Positions 1 to 10,678 of a DNA stretch of 62,316 nucleotides are shown here, in pieces (within the stretch, counting starts at the first letter, position 1; every line of letters starts with the position of its first letter). The DNA lies in the NCBI GenBank assembly GCA_003697105.1, contig RFFQ01000075.1:1-62316 (forward strand), given 5' to 3'. The notes beneath the pieces were generated by a model. The model worked only from the letters and a program-made list of their open reading frames with translations, did no database searches and was not told the origin of the DNA. The DNA comes from Gemmatimonadota bacterium. GTDB lineage: Bacteria; 4572-55; J002. Both the position numbers and the translations under genes were made by a program.

Positions 1-160
1 GCGTAACATATTATAAATAAATAGGTTACTATTCACAAAGCCGCGTCCCGTAAAATTGGGTCTGAAGCCTACTGGGTATATTTGATCTCACAAAATGGAT
101 CCGTTTGTGTGTTGGTTTAAGCACAATACCGCATAGCATTGATGATAACTCACTTTTCTG

Positions 161-189
161 TTGACAAATATGGGCAATCCTGAGATAAT
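161..189 (+). promoter_or_regulatory. Putative sigma70-type promoter for the 241..4446 operon
   Basis: TTGACA(161-166)-17 bp-GATAAT(184-189) with TG extension. Confidence 0.55.
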
Positions 190-240
190 ACAAAATCAAG
201 TGAGATATATCTTAATTATATTGTTCGTGGAGAAGGGCTT

Positions 241-1551
241 ATGAAACACATACGGAACGCGATGATAATTTGGGGATGTATTTGGGGATTCTTTGTGAGT
301 GCGAGTCTGGCTCAGCCGGTAAACACACCGAAAACCGGAACGCTTTTCCAGAAAACCGCCAGTATTCTGGAAACTATCCAGACCATGCAAGATTCGACAC
401 TCACCGGAGACATACCGATTGAGGTGGTTTCCAGTATAGAGATGTACCCCGCCAAAGCCCGATTTGTCCTTTCTCACGTCCTACCGGAAGGCTTGCCGGA
501 AGAAGGCCGTCTCTTGAAAAAGCTTGGCGCTATTCCTCAAGAGTATAACTACGAACAAGGCATGGTTGAACTGTATTTAGAACCTTTGGAAGCCTATTAC
601 CATTACCAGCAAGGTGTCCTCTATGTCCCGAACTGGAAAACCCCGATTGAACAAGAATTTGCCATCTCCCGCAGTGCAGGTGTCGCCGTCCAAGATCAGG
701 TCATCCAGCTGGAAAACTATCTGAAGCCCAGTACGACGCCAAATGCGGATTTGGGTCTCGCACGAAGCGCGGTCATCAATGGTAAAGCAATGGGGTTTGC
801 CATTAGCTACCAGATGGGTGGCGAAGGGCGGACATTTGTGGATATACCTAGCGTGTTTAATACCGCCCGCGAAATGTTGCTAGAACCTCGCCTAGAAACC
901 CTTGAATTCCAAAATGCACCTCCTTTTGTTCAGGAGGTCTATTTGTTCCCTTACACGTATGGCACGGTATTTCTCAGCCACATTGCCAACCGGATCGGTT
1001 GGGAAAATCTGGACATCGTCTATGTGGAACCCCCCGCATCGACGGAACACATTCTTCACCCGAATACCTACTTAGATTTGACAAATTTGGCGTACCGGGA
1101 TGAACCGGATTCCATCTTTATACCAAACCTCACCGCTGATTTATTGCGTTCTTGGTCACTTGTTCATTCCATGGTGATGGGTGAATTTCGCACATTCCTG
1201 CTATTAAATCAATATGATCGAGCAAAAGCCCGCGCCGCCGCCGAAGGTTGGGAAGGCGACCGGGTGATGCTCTATCAAAATCCTTACAATGACGAATTGC
1301 TGATTTATCTTTCCAAATGGGAAAGTCATCTGGATACCCGCCAATTTTACTATGCCTACCGCAACGTGATCGAAGCAAAATACCCTGATGCCGAATTGGT
1401 GGAATCCACGGCGACCTCGCTCACATGGCAAAAAGAGGGTCTATACATCTATTTAATGCGATATAAATTTTACGTGCTAATTCTGGAAGGTGTACCGGAA
1501 AACTTATTGAAGCCAGTGTCTTCGGAAGTCATGCCGGTTAAATTTCGATAA
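241..1551 (+). CDS. Secreted protein of the DUF6782/Hvo_1808-like putative zincin family; Zn site appears degenerate
   Basis: Signal peptide. Family motifs FPYxxG, PPASTEHILHP and AAEGWEGDR. SRSAGVAVQDQ sits where HExxHALQDQ is expected. Confidence 0.6.
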   Translation: MKHIRNAMIIWGCIWGFFVSASLAQPVNTPKTGTLFQKTASILETIQTMQDSTLTGDIPIEVVSSIEMYPAKARFVLSHVLPEGLPEEGRLLKKLGAIPQEYNYEQGMVELYLEPLEAYYHYQQGVLYVPNWKTPIEQEFAISRSAGVAVQDQVIQLENYLKPSTTPNADLGLARSAVINGKAMGFAISYQMGGEGRTFVDIPSVFNTAREMLLEPRLETLEFQNAPPFVQEVYLFPYTYGTVFLSHIANRIGWENLDIVYVEPPASTEHILHPNTYLDLTNLAYRDEPDSIFIPNLTADLLRSWSLVHSMVMGEFRTFLLLNQYDRAKARAAAEGWEGDRVMLYQNPYNDELLIYLSKWESHLDTRQFYYAYRNVIEAKYPDAELVESTATSLTWQKEGLYIYLMRYKFYVLILEGVPENLLKPVSSEVMPVKFR

Positions 1552-1554
1552 ACG

Positions 1555-4446
1555 ATGGAGGTTTTCATGCGTATGTTCTTATATGTGTCGGTTTTGATGA
1601 TGTTGGCCACTGTTACCGTGCCCCTATGGGGGGGTGAACTGGAAGATACCCTGCAACAGGTGTTGCAAAAGACGGCGCCGGATGAAACCGTCCCTGTCTT
1701 GGTTAAAATGAGCCAACAACTGGATGTGGAAGCCCTCAAAGCAGAAATGGACGCGGCGCGCATCTATTCCCGCCGGGATCGCCATCAGATTGTGGTCGAA
1801 GCGGCACAGTCATTAGCACAGCAAACTCAACCGCAAATCCTTGATCAGCTTAACCGGCTCCAACAAACCGGGCAGGTGACCGCATATCATGCCTTCTGGA
1901 TTAGTAACATGATTTATGTGCAAGCAAAACCCAGCGCCATTCAGGAACTCGCCCAACGTGCGGATGTGGGAATCATTTATATGAATCGCCGGGCAGAACT
2001 CCGTACGGGATCGCCCGGCAACGTAATCAACAAACGAAAACCCGTTGGAAGCTTGCGCGACCTCCGCGATGGCTTGGTGGTCATCAATGCACCCCAAGTC
2101 TGGGAGATGGGCTACACCGGACAAAACCGCTTAGTGTGCACCTTTGATGGTGGCTGTGATGGTAATCATGAAGCTTTTACCGACCGGTGGCGTGGCAATC
2201 GCCCTGAAGTACAGTGGTGGGAAGCCTGGCGCGACCCCTATGGCGATTCGCAATTCCCCTACGAAGCGGCAAATACGGTGAGTCATGGTACTCATGTGAT
2301 GGGAATCTTAACCGGTAATCCACCAGATGCGGACCCGATTGGGGTTGCATACGAAGCCGAATGGATCGCCGCCGGTGTCCAATTGGGACAGCAATATAAC
2401 GCCAACCTGATTATCGACTGCTATGAATGGGCGGCAGACCCAGATGGTGACCCCACCACCATCGATGATGTCCCAGATGTCATTAATAACAGTTGGGGCA
2501 CCTCCGAAGATTGTGCGGACACATTTTGGGAGGCGATTGATGTGGTCGAAGCAGCCGGCATCGTCAACATTATTGCAGTTGATAATGCCGGACCCAGTCC
2601 CGGCAGTGTCAATTCCCCAGAAAGTCGGGCGGAAACCCCCACCAAAAATTTTGCCGTCGGGAATGTGAATCCCCATAATCCCGAACTGCCTATTGCCAGT
2701 AATAGTGGACGGGGTCCCAGCCCCTGCGATGGCACGTCCATTAAACCCGAAGTCACTGCCCCCGGCCAACAAATTTATTCCTGCCTAACCGGAAACCGGT
2801 ACGGTACAAAGTCCGGCGCATCAATGGCGGCACCGCATGTGTCGGGAGTCGTCGCCCTACTACGACAGGTCAATCCCGATCTAACCCCGGATCAAATCAA
2901 AGAAATTTTGATGACCACGGCCTATGACCGGGGTGATGCCGGTGAAGATAACACTTACGGCTGGGGAGTAATTGACGCCCAAGCCGCAGTCAATTATGTG
3001 CTGGCTTATTTTGCCTCAATTCATGGTCAAGTGGTGGATAGCGAAACCACAGAAGGGATTCCGCAAGCACAAATTGAAGTGGCGGGGTCTAATCAACTCG
3101 AATTTGCTGATAATGAAGGTTATTATAGCCTTAGCCTGCCCGCCGGCAACTGGACTCTAACCGCCACGGCTTACGGTTATCATCCCAGTGACACCGTCGC
3201 CTTTCAACTGGACGCAGCAGAAATCGTGGAATTCGATTTCCTTCTCACTCCGATGGGCGAAGGTGGCTTGCAAGGTCAGGTTACCAATCGAGACGCGATG
3301 CCTATCCGTGACGTTCGCCTCCAATTCCCCGGCACCCCCTTACCGGACGTGTTCACCGACTCCTTAGGGATGTTTGAAGTGGACGGGATTCAGGAAGGTC
3401 TGATCACGGTGGACTTTTTTCATCCATTTTACCAATCCCAGCAGGTACAAACTGAAATTGAAGCAGGAGCGGTCACCGAACTAAACGTCACCTTGAATGA
3501 CCTTCCGCAAGTGCTCATCTGGGAACCCGACGGCGATCCGGGTAGTGGCGCCGAAATTCAAGCGGCACTTGCCGCAAACGGTATCTCCAGCACGCATCTA
3601 CAGGATGAAGATTTGCTCTATTACCCTGACCTGAACTATTTCCGGGCGATCTTTGTCTGTTTGGGTATGTACGATGACAACTTTGTCATCGCCAATAACA
3701 GCCCAATCGGGCTGGCTCTGGCAAATTATATCGAAGCGGGGGGGATGGTTTACTTGGAAGGCGGTGATTGTTGGTATTGGGACCCCGGTCATGGTGGGTA
3801 TGACTTTAACAGCTTATTCGGAATTTCATCCAACTCCGATGGCTCCGGTACGGATGAAATTCGGACTCAAATTGGTAGCAACGGCGAATTTGCCGAGGGA
3901 TTCCGTTTTGAGTACAACGGTGCGTTTGAGTGGGTCGACCACCTCCAGCCAACCGGTAGCGGCTTTGGGGTCATCTACAATGAAAATCCATTTTTTTATA
4001 CGATGGTCGGTAACCAGACCTTCCAGTACCGCACCGTAGGCGCTTCACTCGAATTTGGAGGGTTGATCGATAGCGGCGAAAATACCAAAGCGGCATTGAT
4101 GGACTCCATCATCACCTTTTTACTGCTTGAGGATTTGACCGATGTAGAAACCCCGGATACCCAACTCCTGACACCTAAATCCTACGTCTTGTATCCAAAC
4201 TATCCCAACCCGTTCAATCCCAAGACGACGATCCGGTTCGATCTGCCCCATGCGGACAACCTCAGCCTGAATATCTACGATCTCAATGGCAAATTGGTAC
4301 AGCGCCTCATCACGAATCAACCCTATCCCGCGGGATCGCACACGGTGGAGTGGGACGCCGCAGGTGTACCCTCGGGAGTGTATCTCTACCAACTGGAAAC
4401 CCCCAAGTTTAAATCCAAAATCCAACGTGCCGTGGTGCTGAAATAG
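1555..4446 (+). CDS. Secreted S8 subtilase (bacillopeptidase F-like) with carboxypeptidase-regulatory-like domains and C-terminal FlgD/T9SS-like domain
   Basis: Triad TFDGG / HGTHVMG / GASMAAPHVSG, INNSWG, propeptide, C-terminal YPNYPNPFNP. Confidence 0.9.
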   Translation: MEVFMRMFLYVSVLMMLATVTVPLWGGELEDTLQQVLQKTAPDETVPVLVKMSQQLDVEALKAEMDAARIYSRRDRHQIVVEAAQSLAQQTQPQILDQLNRLQQTGQVTAYHAFWISNMIYVQAKPSAIQELAQRADVGIIYMNRRAELRTGSPGNVINKRKPVGSLRDLRDGLVVINAPQVWEMGYTGQNRLVCTFDGGCDGNHEAFTDRWRGNRPEVQWWEAWRDPYGDSQFPYEAANTVSHGTHVMGILTGNPPDADPIGVAYEAEWIAAGVQLGQQYNANLIIDCYEWAADPDGDPTTIDDVPDVINNSWGTSEDCADTFWEAIDVVEAAGIVNIIAVDNAGPSPGSVNSPESRAETPTKNFAVGNVNPHNPELPIASNSGRGPSPCDGTSIKPEVTAPGQQIYSCLTGNRYGTKSGASMAAPHVSGVVALLRQVNPDLTPDQIKEILMTTAYDRGDAGEDNTYGWGVIDAQAAVNYVLAYFASIHGQVVDSETTEGIPQAQIEVAGSNQLEFADNEGYYSLSLPAGNWTLTATAYGYHPSDTVAFQLDAAEIVEFDFLLTPMGEGGLQGQVTNRDAMPIRDVRLQFPGTPLPDVFTDSLGMFEVDGIQEGLITVDFFHPFYQSQQVQTEIEAGAVTELNVTLNDLPQVLIWEPDGDPGSGAEIQAALAANGISSTHLQDEDLLYYPDLNYFRAIFVCLGMYDDNFVIANNSPIGLALANYIEAGGMVYLEGGDCWYWDPGHGGYDFNSLFGISSNSDGSGTDEIRTQIGSNGEFAEGFRFEYNGAFEWVDHLQPTGSGFGVIYNENPFFYTMVGNQTFQYRTVGASLEFGGLIDSGENTKAALMDSIITFLLLEDLTDVETPDTQLLTPKSYVLYPNYPNPFNPKTTIRFDLPHADNLSLNIYDLNGKLVQRLITNQPYPAGSHTVEWDAAGVPSGVYLYQLETPKFKSKIQRAVVLK

Positions 4447-4474
4447 TCCCTGAGAAAAAGCAAGCCGCTGATGC

Positions 4475-6217
4475 TTAAATCCCCGCAATAATTTTGGCGA
4501 CTTCTTCCACAGTCGTCACCCCGTCAAGCAATTTACGCAGGGCATTCTGTCGCATAGACACCATGCCCTCTTTTATTGCCTGTTTGCGGATGTGCACGGT
4601 AGAGGCATTCTCTTTGGTCAAATTCCGTAAGGATTCAGACATTGCCATAACTTCGTAAATTCCGCTTCGTCCAAAATAGCCTGTCTCCCGGCAATCGAGG
4701 CACGGGTACCCTTTCTCCTTTACACCTTTGCCGTAATACAAAGTCACAATCCGGTTGCTCTGGATTTCCAGATTCAGCGGCTTCAAATCTTCGGATGTGG
4801 CACGATAGGACGTTTTACAGTGATCACAGATTTTCCGCACCAACCGCTGTGCCACCGAACCCCGCATGGTGGATGCGATCAAAAACGGCGGCACGCCCAT
4901 ATCGATTAAACGGGTGATGGCGGAGGGAGCATCATTGGTGTGCAGGGTACTCAGCACAAGGTGACCGGTCAGGGCGGCTTGGATGGCATAGGTCGCGGTC
5001 TCTTTGTCCCGAATTTCCCCCACCATAATCACATCTGGGTCTTGCCGTAACATCGTGCGGAGTACGTTGGCAAAGGTGACATCAATCTCTGGGCGAACCG
5101 CCACCTGATTGAGCGGCTCATAGACCAGTTCAATGGGGTCTTCGATGGTACAGATATTGATCTCTGGAGTGTAGATTTCCCGCAAGGCAGAATAGAGCGT
5201 TGTGGTTTTGCCGCTACCGGTTGGACCCGTGACCAAAACCATGCCATTGGTGGCGTGGATAAACTCATTGAACATCTTCAGGTCTCGTGAACCAAAACCG
5301 AGACTCCCCAAATCTTGCAGCAAAATATCGGGGTCAAAAATACGAAGCACCAGTTTTTCACCAAATGCCGTTGCCACCGTTGAGACCCGCAGTTCTACCT
5401 CCTGCCCCTTATAGACGATCTTAATGCGTCCATCCTGAGGACGGCGTTTTTCGGCAATATTCATCCCCGCCATCACTTTGATCCGGGAAACAATCGCCCG
5501 GTACACCAGCCGGTTGATATAGTAAACCGAATGCAACACACCATCGATCCGGAAACGAACAATACATTCTTCCCGCTTGGGTTCCAGATGAATATCACTG
5601 GCACGCTGTTCAAAAGCGTAAAACAGCAAATGATTCACGGCTGTGATAATCGGCTGGCTATTCGGGTCTTTGCCCTGTTCGACCTCCTTACCAAACAGGT
5701 TTTCCAAACTGTCATAATCGCGGGTACTAATGTTCCGTTTTTTAAGATTTTTCTCTGCCGCCGTAATAGAGGATCCCAAACCGTAAGACATGTTGATAAT
5801 CTGGTCGATGAAGCGGCGGGAGCTCAGCACTAAATCCACTTCTGCACCGGTTGCATTTTCAATATCTGCGAGAGGGTAATCTTCAAAAGGGCTGGGTACG
5901 GCAATGGTAACGTTGCGACCCGAATGATCGACCACAACCACATGGTGCATCCGGGCAAATTTAGCGGAGAGATATTTCGCCGTCAGGGAGGTATCCAACT
6001 CCATCGGGTTGAGTTGGACATAGGGGATATTGAGGTACTCACCGAGGACGCGTAACAGGTCATCTTCGGAAAGAATATCGAGGGAGGTTAGCGCTTCTTC
6101 CACATTGAGCGCCGTGGCGTACCGGTGCTGTTCCACATCGATCACTTGCTCTTCCGTAATCAATCGCTGTTCGCGCAAAATATCGTAAATTTGATCGCGG
6201 CTGATTTTGTTATACAT
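4475..6217 (-). CDS. pilB: Type IV pilus / T2SS assembly ATPase (PilB/GspE family)
   Basis: ASDIHLEP, RFRIDG, GPTGSGKTTT, TIEDPIE, LRQDPDVIMVGEIRD, AQRLVRKIC, tetracysteine motif. Confidence 0.88.
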   Translation of the reverse strand: MYNKISRDQIYDILREQRLITEEQVIDVEQHRYATALNVEEALTSLDILSEDDLLRVLGEYLNIPYVQLNPMELDTSLTAKYLSAKFARMHHVVVVDHSGRNVTIAVPSPFEDYPLADIENATGAEVDLVLSSRRFIDQIINMSYGLGSSITAAEKNLKKRNISTRDYDSLENLFGKEVEQGKDPNSQPIITAVNHLLFYAFEQRASDIHLEPKREECIVRFRIDGVLHSVYYINRLVYRAIVSRIKVMAGMNIAEKRRPQDGRIKIVYKGQEVELRVSTVATAFGEKLVLRIFDPDILLQDLGSLGFGSRDLKMFNEFIHATNGMVLVTGPTGSGKTTTLYSALREIYTPEINICTIEDPIELVYEPLNQVAVRPEIDVTFANVLRTMLRQDPDVIMVGEIRDKETATYAIQAALTGHLVLSTLHTNDAPSAITRLIDMGVPPFLIASTMRGSVAQRLVRKICDHCKTSYRATSEDLKPLNLEIQSNRIVTLYYGKGVKEKGYPCLDCRETGYFGRSGIYEVMAMSESLRNLTKENASTVHIRKQAIKEGMVSMRQNALRKLLDGVTTVEEVAKIIAGI

Positions 6218-6237
6218 GCGACTTCATTAGCAGAAGC

Positions 6238-7425
6238 TCATGAGGTTCGATCCCGGACACACTTGATCAATGCCGCCCGGTCACTGGGATCAATTCGAGT
6301 GAACGAAATACCAATCTCATATGGGTTCGTCCCCTTTTCGTCATATTGAACCACTCGAACCACTTTTGCTTCCGCCTGAATAACGCGTTCTTGTGGTGTT
6401 AGATCAATTTGTAATCGTAGATTTTGATCCAACTCTAGCGGTTGATCGGTGTAAAATAGAATCCCCCCGCCGCTAATATTTTTGGAATGGGTGCGCCGGT
6501 CATGGGAGTTATCCATCAACTGGTAGCTGACCGGATATATCGCGTCCACCCGGACAAAAATGCGCCGTTCTTGAAAGAAAAGGCAAACCCGGTTCTTACC
6601 ATCTTTTTTAGCACGATACATGGCTAAATCCGCCTTTTCCACCAGTTCTCCGGGGAATTGAGCGTCAATGGGGAAAGAGGCAATACCAATACTGACTGTG
6701 ACTTGCTCGAGCCACGCTGGATTATCACCGTTACATTCTTCGTAATGCTGGGCAATCGCCCGGCGAATACGTTCTGCCACATAGACAGCTTCTTGACCGC
6801 TAGTTTCCGGCAAGATCACCGCGAATTCTTCTCCCCCGTAACGCACGGGAATGTCCGCTTCCCGCAGACTTTTACGGATCAATTCCCCGACATCGGTCAA
6901 GAGTTGGTCACCCACGCTGTGCCCGTAGGTGTCATTGTATTTTTTGAAGTTATCCACATCCAGAAAGAGCAAGCTGGTATTGAGGTCGTACCGTTTGGCG
7001 CGGTGAATCTCCCGAAACAAAACTTCTTCAAAATAGCGCCGGTTGTAAAGTCCGGTCAGAGCATCGGTCAGAGCAGACCGTTGGGTTTCTTCAAAAATGG
7101 CGATTTCAATTATTTTAGGGTTTTCTATTTTTTTATTTATATTTATAAAATAATCGAGCATCGCCACGCGCAACCCCACATTCCGTTGCAAGGTTTGGGT
7201 AATCTCTTGGTGATGCTGCAGGATGGTGTTCCAGTGCATTTCGGCTTCTTCCGGTTCAAATTCCAGATGGGTCAAAAATTTGAGTACATCACTGTAAACC
7301 TCGCGCGGGTCCCGGTGTTGGAGGTCTCTACTGGCACGGATCAACTCAATGATTTTACTCACATTTTTGTCGTCTTCACCCAGTGTATCAACAACGGTTT
7401 GAATCAATTTATCATGTAGTAACAT
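6238..7425 (-). CDS. Diguanylate cyclase (GGEEF) with C-terminal PilZ domain
   Basis: DALTGLYNRR, DVDNFK, RxxD I-site (READ) before RYGGEEF. PilZ motifs ERRIFVR and NISGGG. Confidence 0.92.
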   Translation of the reverse strand: MLLHDKLIQTVVDTLGEDDKNVSKIIELIRASRDLQHRDPREVYSDVLKFLTHLEFEPEEAEMHWNTILQHHQEITQTLQRNVGLRVAMLDYFININKKIENPKIIEIAIFEETQRSALTDALTGLYNRRYFEEVLFREIHRAKRYDLNTSLLFLDVDNFKKYNDTYGHSVGDQLLTDVGELIRKSLREADIPVRYGGEEFAVILPETSGQEAVYVAERIRRAIAQHYEECNGDNPAWLEQVTVSIGIASFPIDAQFPGELVEKADLAMYRAKKDGKNRVCLFFQERRIFVRVDAIYPVSYQLMDNSHDRRTHSKNISGGGILFYTDQPLELDQNLRLQIDLTPQERVIQAEAKVVRVVQYDEKGTNPYEIGISFTRIDPSDRAALIKCVRDRTS

Positions 7426-7445
7426 AGCGTCCTCAGCTTATCTCT

Positions 7446-8519
7446 TTATTGAAACATTAATGCGCGTTGAAAATCTGCCGGACTGGCGGCAGCGGCCACA
7501 GCGGTTTCCAATGTAATATCGTTATTACGGTACAGTTCGGTCAAATGTTGATCGAAGGATTGCATGCCGTATTGCATCTTCCCATTTTCGATGGCATCTT
7601 TGATTTTCATCGTTTTATCGGGGTCAATAATATACTCTTTGATGAGTTCGGTACAAACCATCACTTCGACCGCAGCGATACGACCGCGCCCATCACTCCG
7701 GGGCAACAGCCGTTGGGAAATCACACCTTTCAGCGTGGATGCCAACTGATAACGAATTTGCCCTTGCTGGTGCGGTGGGAAGGAATCAATAATCCGGTTC
7801 ACGGTTTCGGTCGCGTCCAAGGTGTGCAACGTACTAAAAACGAGGTGACCCGTTTCTGCCGCTTTAATCGCGATGGAAATGGTCTCCACATCTCGCATTT
7901 CCCCTACCAGAATCACATCGGGGTCTTGGCGCAATGCTGCCCGAAGTGAAGTTGCAAAGGATTCGGTATCCAGCCCTACTTCCCGTTGGTTGATCGCCGC
8001 CATATTATCTGAATAGAGAAATTCAATGGGGTCTTCAATGGTTAAAATATGGACGCGTTTGTGCTGATTGATATGGTTGATCATTCCGGCAAGTGTTGAG
8101 GATTTCCCACTCCCCGTGACCCCGGTAACCAAAACCATGCCACGTTCTTCCATGGCTAATTTTTTGATGGTCTCTGGCATACCCAGCTTATCGAGTGTGG
8201 GAACTTCTAAGGGGATTTTACGCAGAACGACACCCAAAGTACCCCGTTGCCGGAAAAGATTTACCCGAAACCGCGCCACACCGGGTACGCTGTATGCGGT
8301 ATCAAAGTCGCGCAATTCATCAAATTTTTCGCGTACATTTTCATTGACTAAACTCAGCGCAATATCACGCGTATTTTGGGGGGTCAGTTTTTGGAACTTC
8401 GCCGGACGCAACTCTCCGTTGATGCGTAACAGTGGCGGACTTCCCACTTTAAAGTGGAGGTCGGATACCCCATCGATTCGTACTAATTGTGCCAAAAAGT
8501 CATTAATATTCATAGGCAT
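7446..8519 (-). CDS. pilT: PilT/PilU-family pilus retraction ATPase
   Basis: SDLHF, RFRVNLF, GVTGSGKSST, TIEDPIE, AALRQDPDVILVGEMRD, AAETGHLVFSTLH, GMQSFDQ. Confidence 0.88.
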   Translation of the reverse strand: MPMNINDFLAQLVRIDGVSDLHFKVGSPPLLRINGELRPAKFQKLTPQNTRDIALSLVNENVREKFDELRDFDTAYSVPGVARFRVNLFRQRGTLGVVLRKIPLEVPTLDKLGMPETIKKLAMEERGMVLVTGVTGSGKSSTLAGMINHINQHKRVHILTIEDPIEFLYSDNMAAINQREVGLDTESFATSLRAALRQDPDVILVGEMRDVETISIAIKAAETGHLVFSTLHTLDATETVNRIIDSFPPHQQGQIRYQLASTLKGVISQRLLPRSDGRGRIAAVEVMVCTELIKEYIIDPDKTMKIKDAIENGKMQYGMQSFDQHLTELYRNNDITLETAVAAAASPADFQRALMFQ

Positions 8520-8531
8520 TGGTTATTCTCC

Positions 8532-10256
8532 TTACCATTGAAACGTCAAGCCGGCAGTGATTTGAGCCGTCGGTTCTTCATAATTTAACCAGTGCTGGTA
8601 GGTTTCATCAAGCAAATTTATCACATTCAGATGGGCTTCCAAATGGGGTATAATCTGTTTTTGTGCCTGCAAATTAACCAACCAGTAATCCCCCAGCGTC
8701 GTCTCCCCGGTAATATCCGCATATTGTTGACCGGCATACTGCGCACTCAGTTCCAAGTTATATTCATTTGGAATCGTCCAGCGCAATTTGCCGATCAACT
8801 CCAGTTGGGGATGGTACGGTACTTTGCTATCCCCAACCACCAATGCACCCCACTGTTTGCTATCCCGAAATCCAATGGTTTTGCTCTTGACGCCCATCCC
8901 CACGGTCAAGCGGGCGTTCATTTGGTAATCAACACCTCCGGTGAACTGGTGCTCCGTGACATCACCGTTGGCGGGTATCCATCGACCCGGACGGTCACCA
9001 TACCAAAACAGATAATCATCAATTTGAATGTAATGGTATCCCCAATTGAACCGAAATTTTGAGAGGACATAATCACCCCCGACGCGGTAGCTGAACTGCC
9101 GTTTTTGGGGTACAATTCGCGCTTCTGGACTAAGATACGGATTTTCGGCAACCATTTCCGCAAGTGTGCGATAGCTCAAGCCGGGGTCAACGGTCATAAA
9201 GATAGTCCCATCCCCCCACAGCCAATAGGGCTTTGCAATAAAACGCAAATAGGGAGAGAACATCGCCTTAGATGTTCCTTGAGGGTTCATCGTATAGCCA
9301 TCCAATTCAAAGCCAATTTCCAGCCCTAACTGGCTAATATAGTCATTGGGTTCAAATCCAAAATACGTCCGTCCTTGAACCGCATAAAACAGATAATCAA
9401 GGGTCTCTTCCTGTTGGGACGGTTCCAGCGAGATACCGCGCCATTCCCCTCCAAACGAAAATAGTCGCCCATTCCAGATTTTGTTCAAGCCTAAATTAAA
9501 ACGAAATTGATTTTCTGCAAGAGTGTCATCGGTGGTGGTATCCGGGTATGTATGGGATAACGTTGTGCGGGACGCTTGGGCTTCGGAGGTTAAATGAAGC
9601 GTAGTAAATGGAAAGATTTTCAGGAGTGCATCTACATTCAAATGATTGTACAGGGCGTCTGTTCCGGTGATGTCATGCCCCATCAGCCCATAACCGTGGT
9701 TATCCCATGCCCCTTTGAGCGTCACCTGCGAACCTTGCGGGAAAAGATAGATGAGACCACTTTCAATCCCTTGTTGGCGGCGGTCAGAGTTACCCCCTAC
9801 GCGGTCACTGGAGTAATGAACCGCTTCCCCAAAATAACGGAGATTGTTACGGCGGTCACCATAAAATAGATTCCCGGTGAGGGTATTGAGATTACCATAG
9901 CCAAACCCCAAACGAATCACGCGAGACCGCTCCGATCCGGATTGCACCAATAATTGATGTCCTTTATCTGAACGGAACATACCCGATACATCTTTTTGCC
10001 CGATCAAGGTGGGTGCTTGTGGCGAAAAGGTGTCTCCTACGTACTGACTTTCTTTTTTACTGGCGATCCGGACATGCGGGTCACCGTAAATCACCACATC
10101 CGACAAATCCAGTTCATTACCGGAGCTATCCGGCAATGTCACCGTTGGTAATATGGGAGGTAATTCTTTATCATCCTGAGCAGAGACAGAACAGAACGGT
10201 AGTATCACCAGACTGGTACAAATCCCGATCCACAACCATAACCATGTGTATTTCAT
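8532..10256 (-). CDS. Outer-membrane beta-barrel protein (TonB-dependent receptor-like C-terminus)
   Basis: Signal peptide from ATG 10256 (GAGGAAAGG RBS; track start 10340 overlaps the promoter). Alternating beta strands, NLLDETY motif, terminal aromatic FQW. Confidence 0.65.
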   Translation of the reverse strand: MKYTWLWLWIGICTSLVILPFCSVSAQDDKELPPILPTVTLPDSSGNELDLSDVVIYGDPHVRIASKKESQYVGDTFSPQAPTLIGQKDVSGMFRSDKGHQLLVQSGSERSRVIRLGFGYGNLNTLTGNLFYGDRRNNLRYFGEAVHYSSDRVGGNSDRRQQGIESGLIYLFPQGSQVTLKGAWDNHGYGLMGHDITGTDALYNHLNVDALLKIFPFTTLHLTSEAQASRTTLSHTYPDTTTDDTLAENQFRFNLGLNKIWNGRLFSFGGEWRGISLEPSQQEETLDYLFYAVQGRTYFGFEPNDYISQLGLEIGFELDGYTMNPQGTSKAMFSPYLRFIAKPYWLWGDGTIFMTVDPGLSYRTLAEMVAENPYLSPEARIVPQKRQFSYRVGGDYVLSKFRFNWGYHYIQIDDYLFWYGDRPGRWIPANGDVTEHQFTGGVDYQMNARLTVGMGVKSKTIGFRDSKQWGALVVGDSKVPYHPQLELIGKLRWTIPNEYNLELSAQYAGQQYADITGETTLGDYWLVNLQAQKQIIPHLEAHLNVINLLDETYQHWLNYEEPTAQITAGLTFQW

Positions 10257-10330
10257 GCGTAATAAACAGTGCCTTTCCTCTACAGAACACAGACATAAGT
10301 GACTGATTTCATAGTTATCTGATACATCAA

Positions 10331-10359
10331 AGATTATCATAATCCGCCCAGAATGTCAA
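10331..10359 (-). promoter_or_regulatory. Putative sigma70 promoter for the barrel-pilT-DGC-pilB unit
   Basis: TTGACA-17 bp-TAATCT with TG extension on the minus strand. Confidence 0.55.
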
Positions 10360-10403
10360 TAAAAAGAATCTGGCAGGTCACCCACAGGAAACGGAAGGCA
10401 AAC

Positions 10404-10433
10404 AAAAAAGCGGCTTCTATAAAGAAGCCGCTT
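10404..10433 (-). terminator. Intrinsic terminator after the tRNA pair
   Basis: AAGCGGCTTC-TATAAA-GAAGCCGCTT hairpin followed by a U-tract on the minus strand. Confidence 0.8.
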
Positions 10434-10439
10434 GGACGT

Positions 10440-10533
<94 letters not shown>

Positions 10534-10558
10534 TATTCCTATAAAGTTTCTATCGTTT

Positions 10559-10648
10559 TGGCGGTGGGAGTAGGATTCGAACCTACGGTCGGCTCTCACC
10601 GACAACGGTTTTCAAGACCGCCGCAATAAACCACTCTGCCATCCCACC
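10559..10648 (-). tRNA. tRNA-Ser(TGA)
   Basis: Reverse complement GGTGGGATGGCAGAGTGG...CT TGA AA...long variable arm...GGTTCGAATCC...CCCACCGCCA. Confidence 0.96.
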
Positions 10649-10678
10649 AAATTGGGTATGAACGGGTCTGGATTGGGC

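Noticed and set aside
6658-7419. 253-aa antisense ORF, and similar long antisense ORFs such as 21869..22630
   Set aside because: Fully antisense to well-supported genes and without recognisable motifs.
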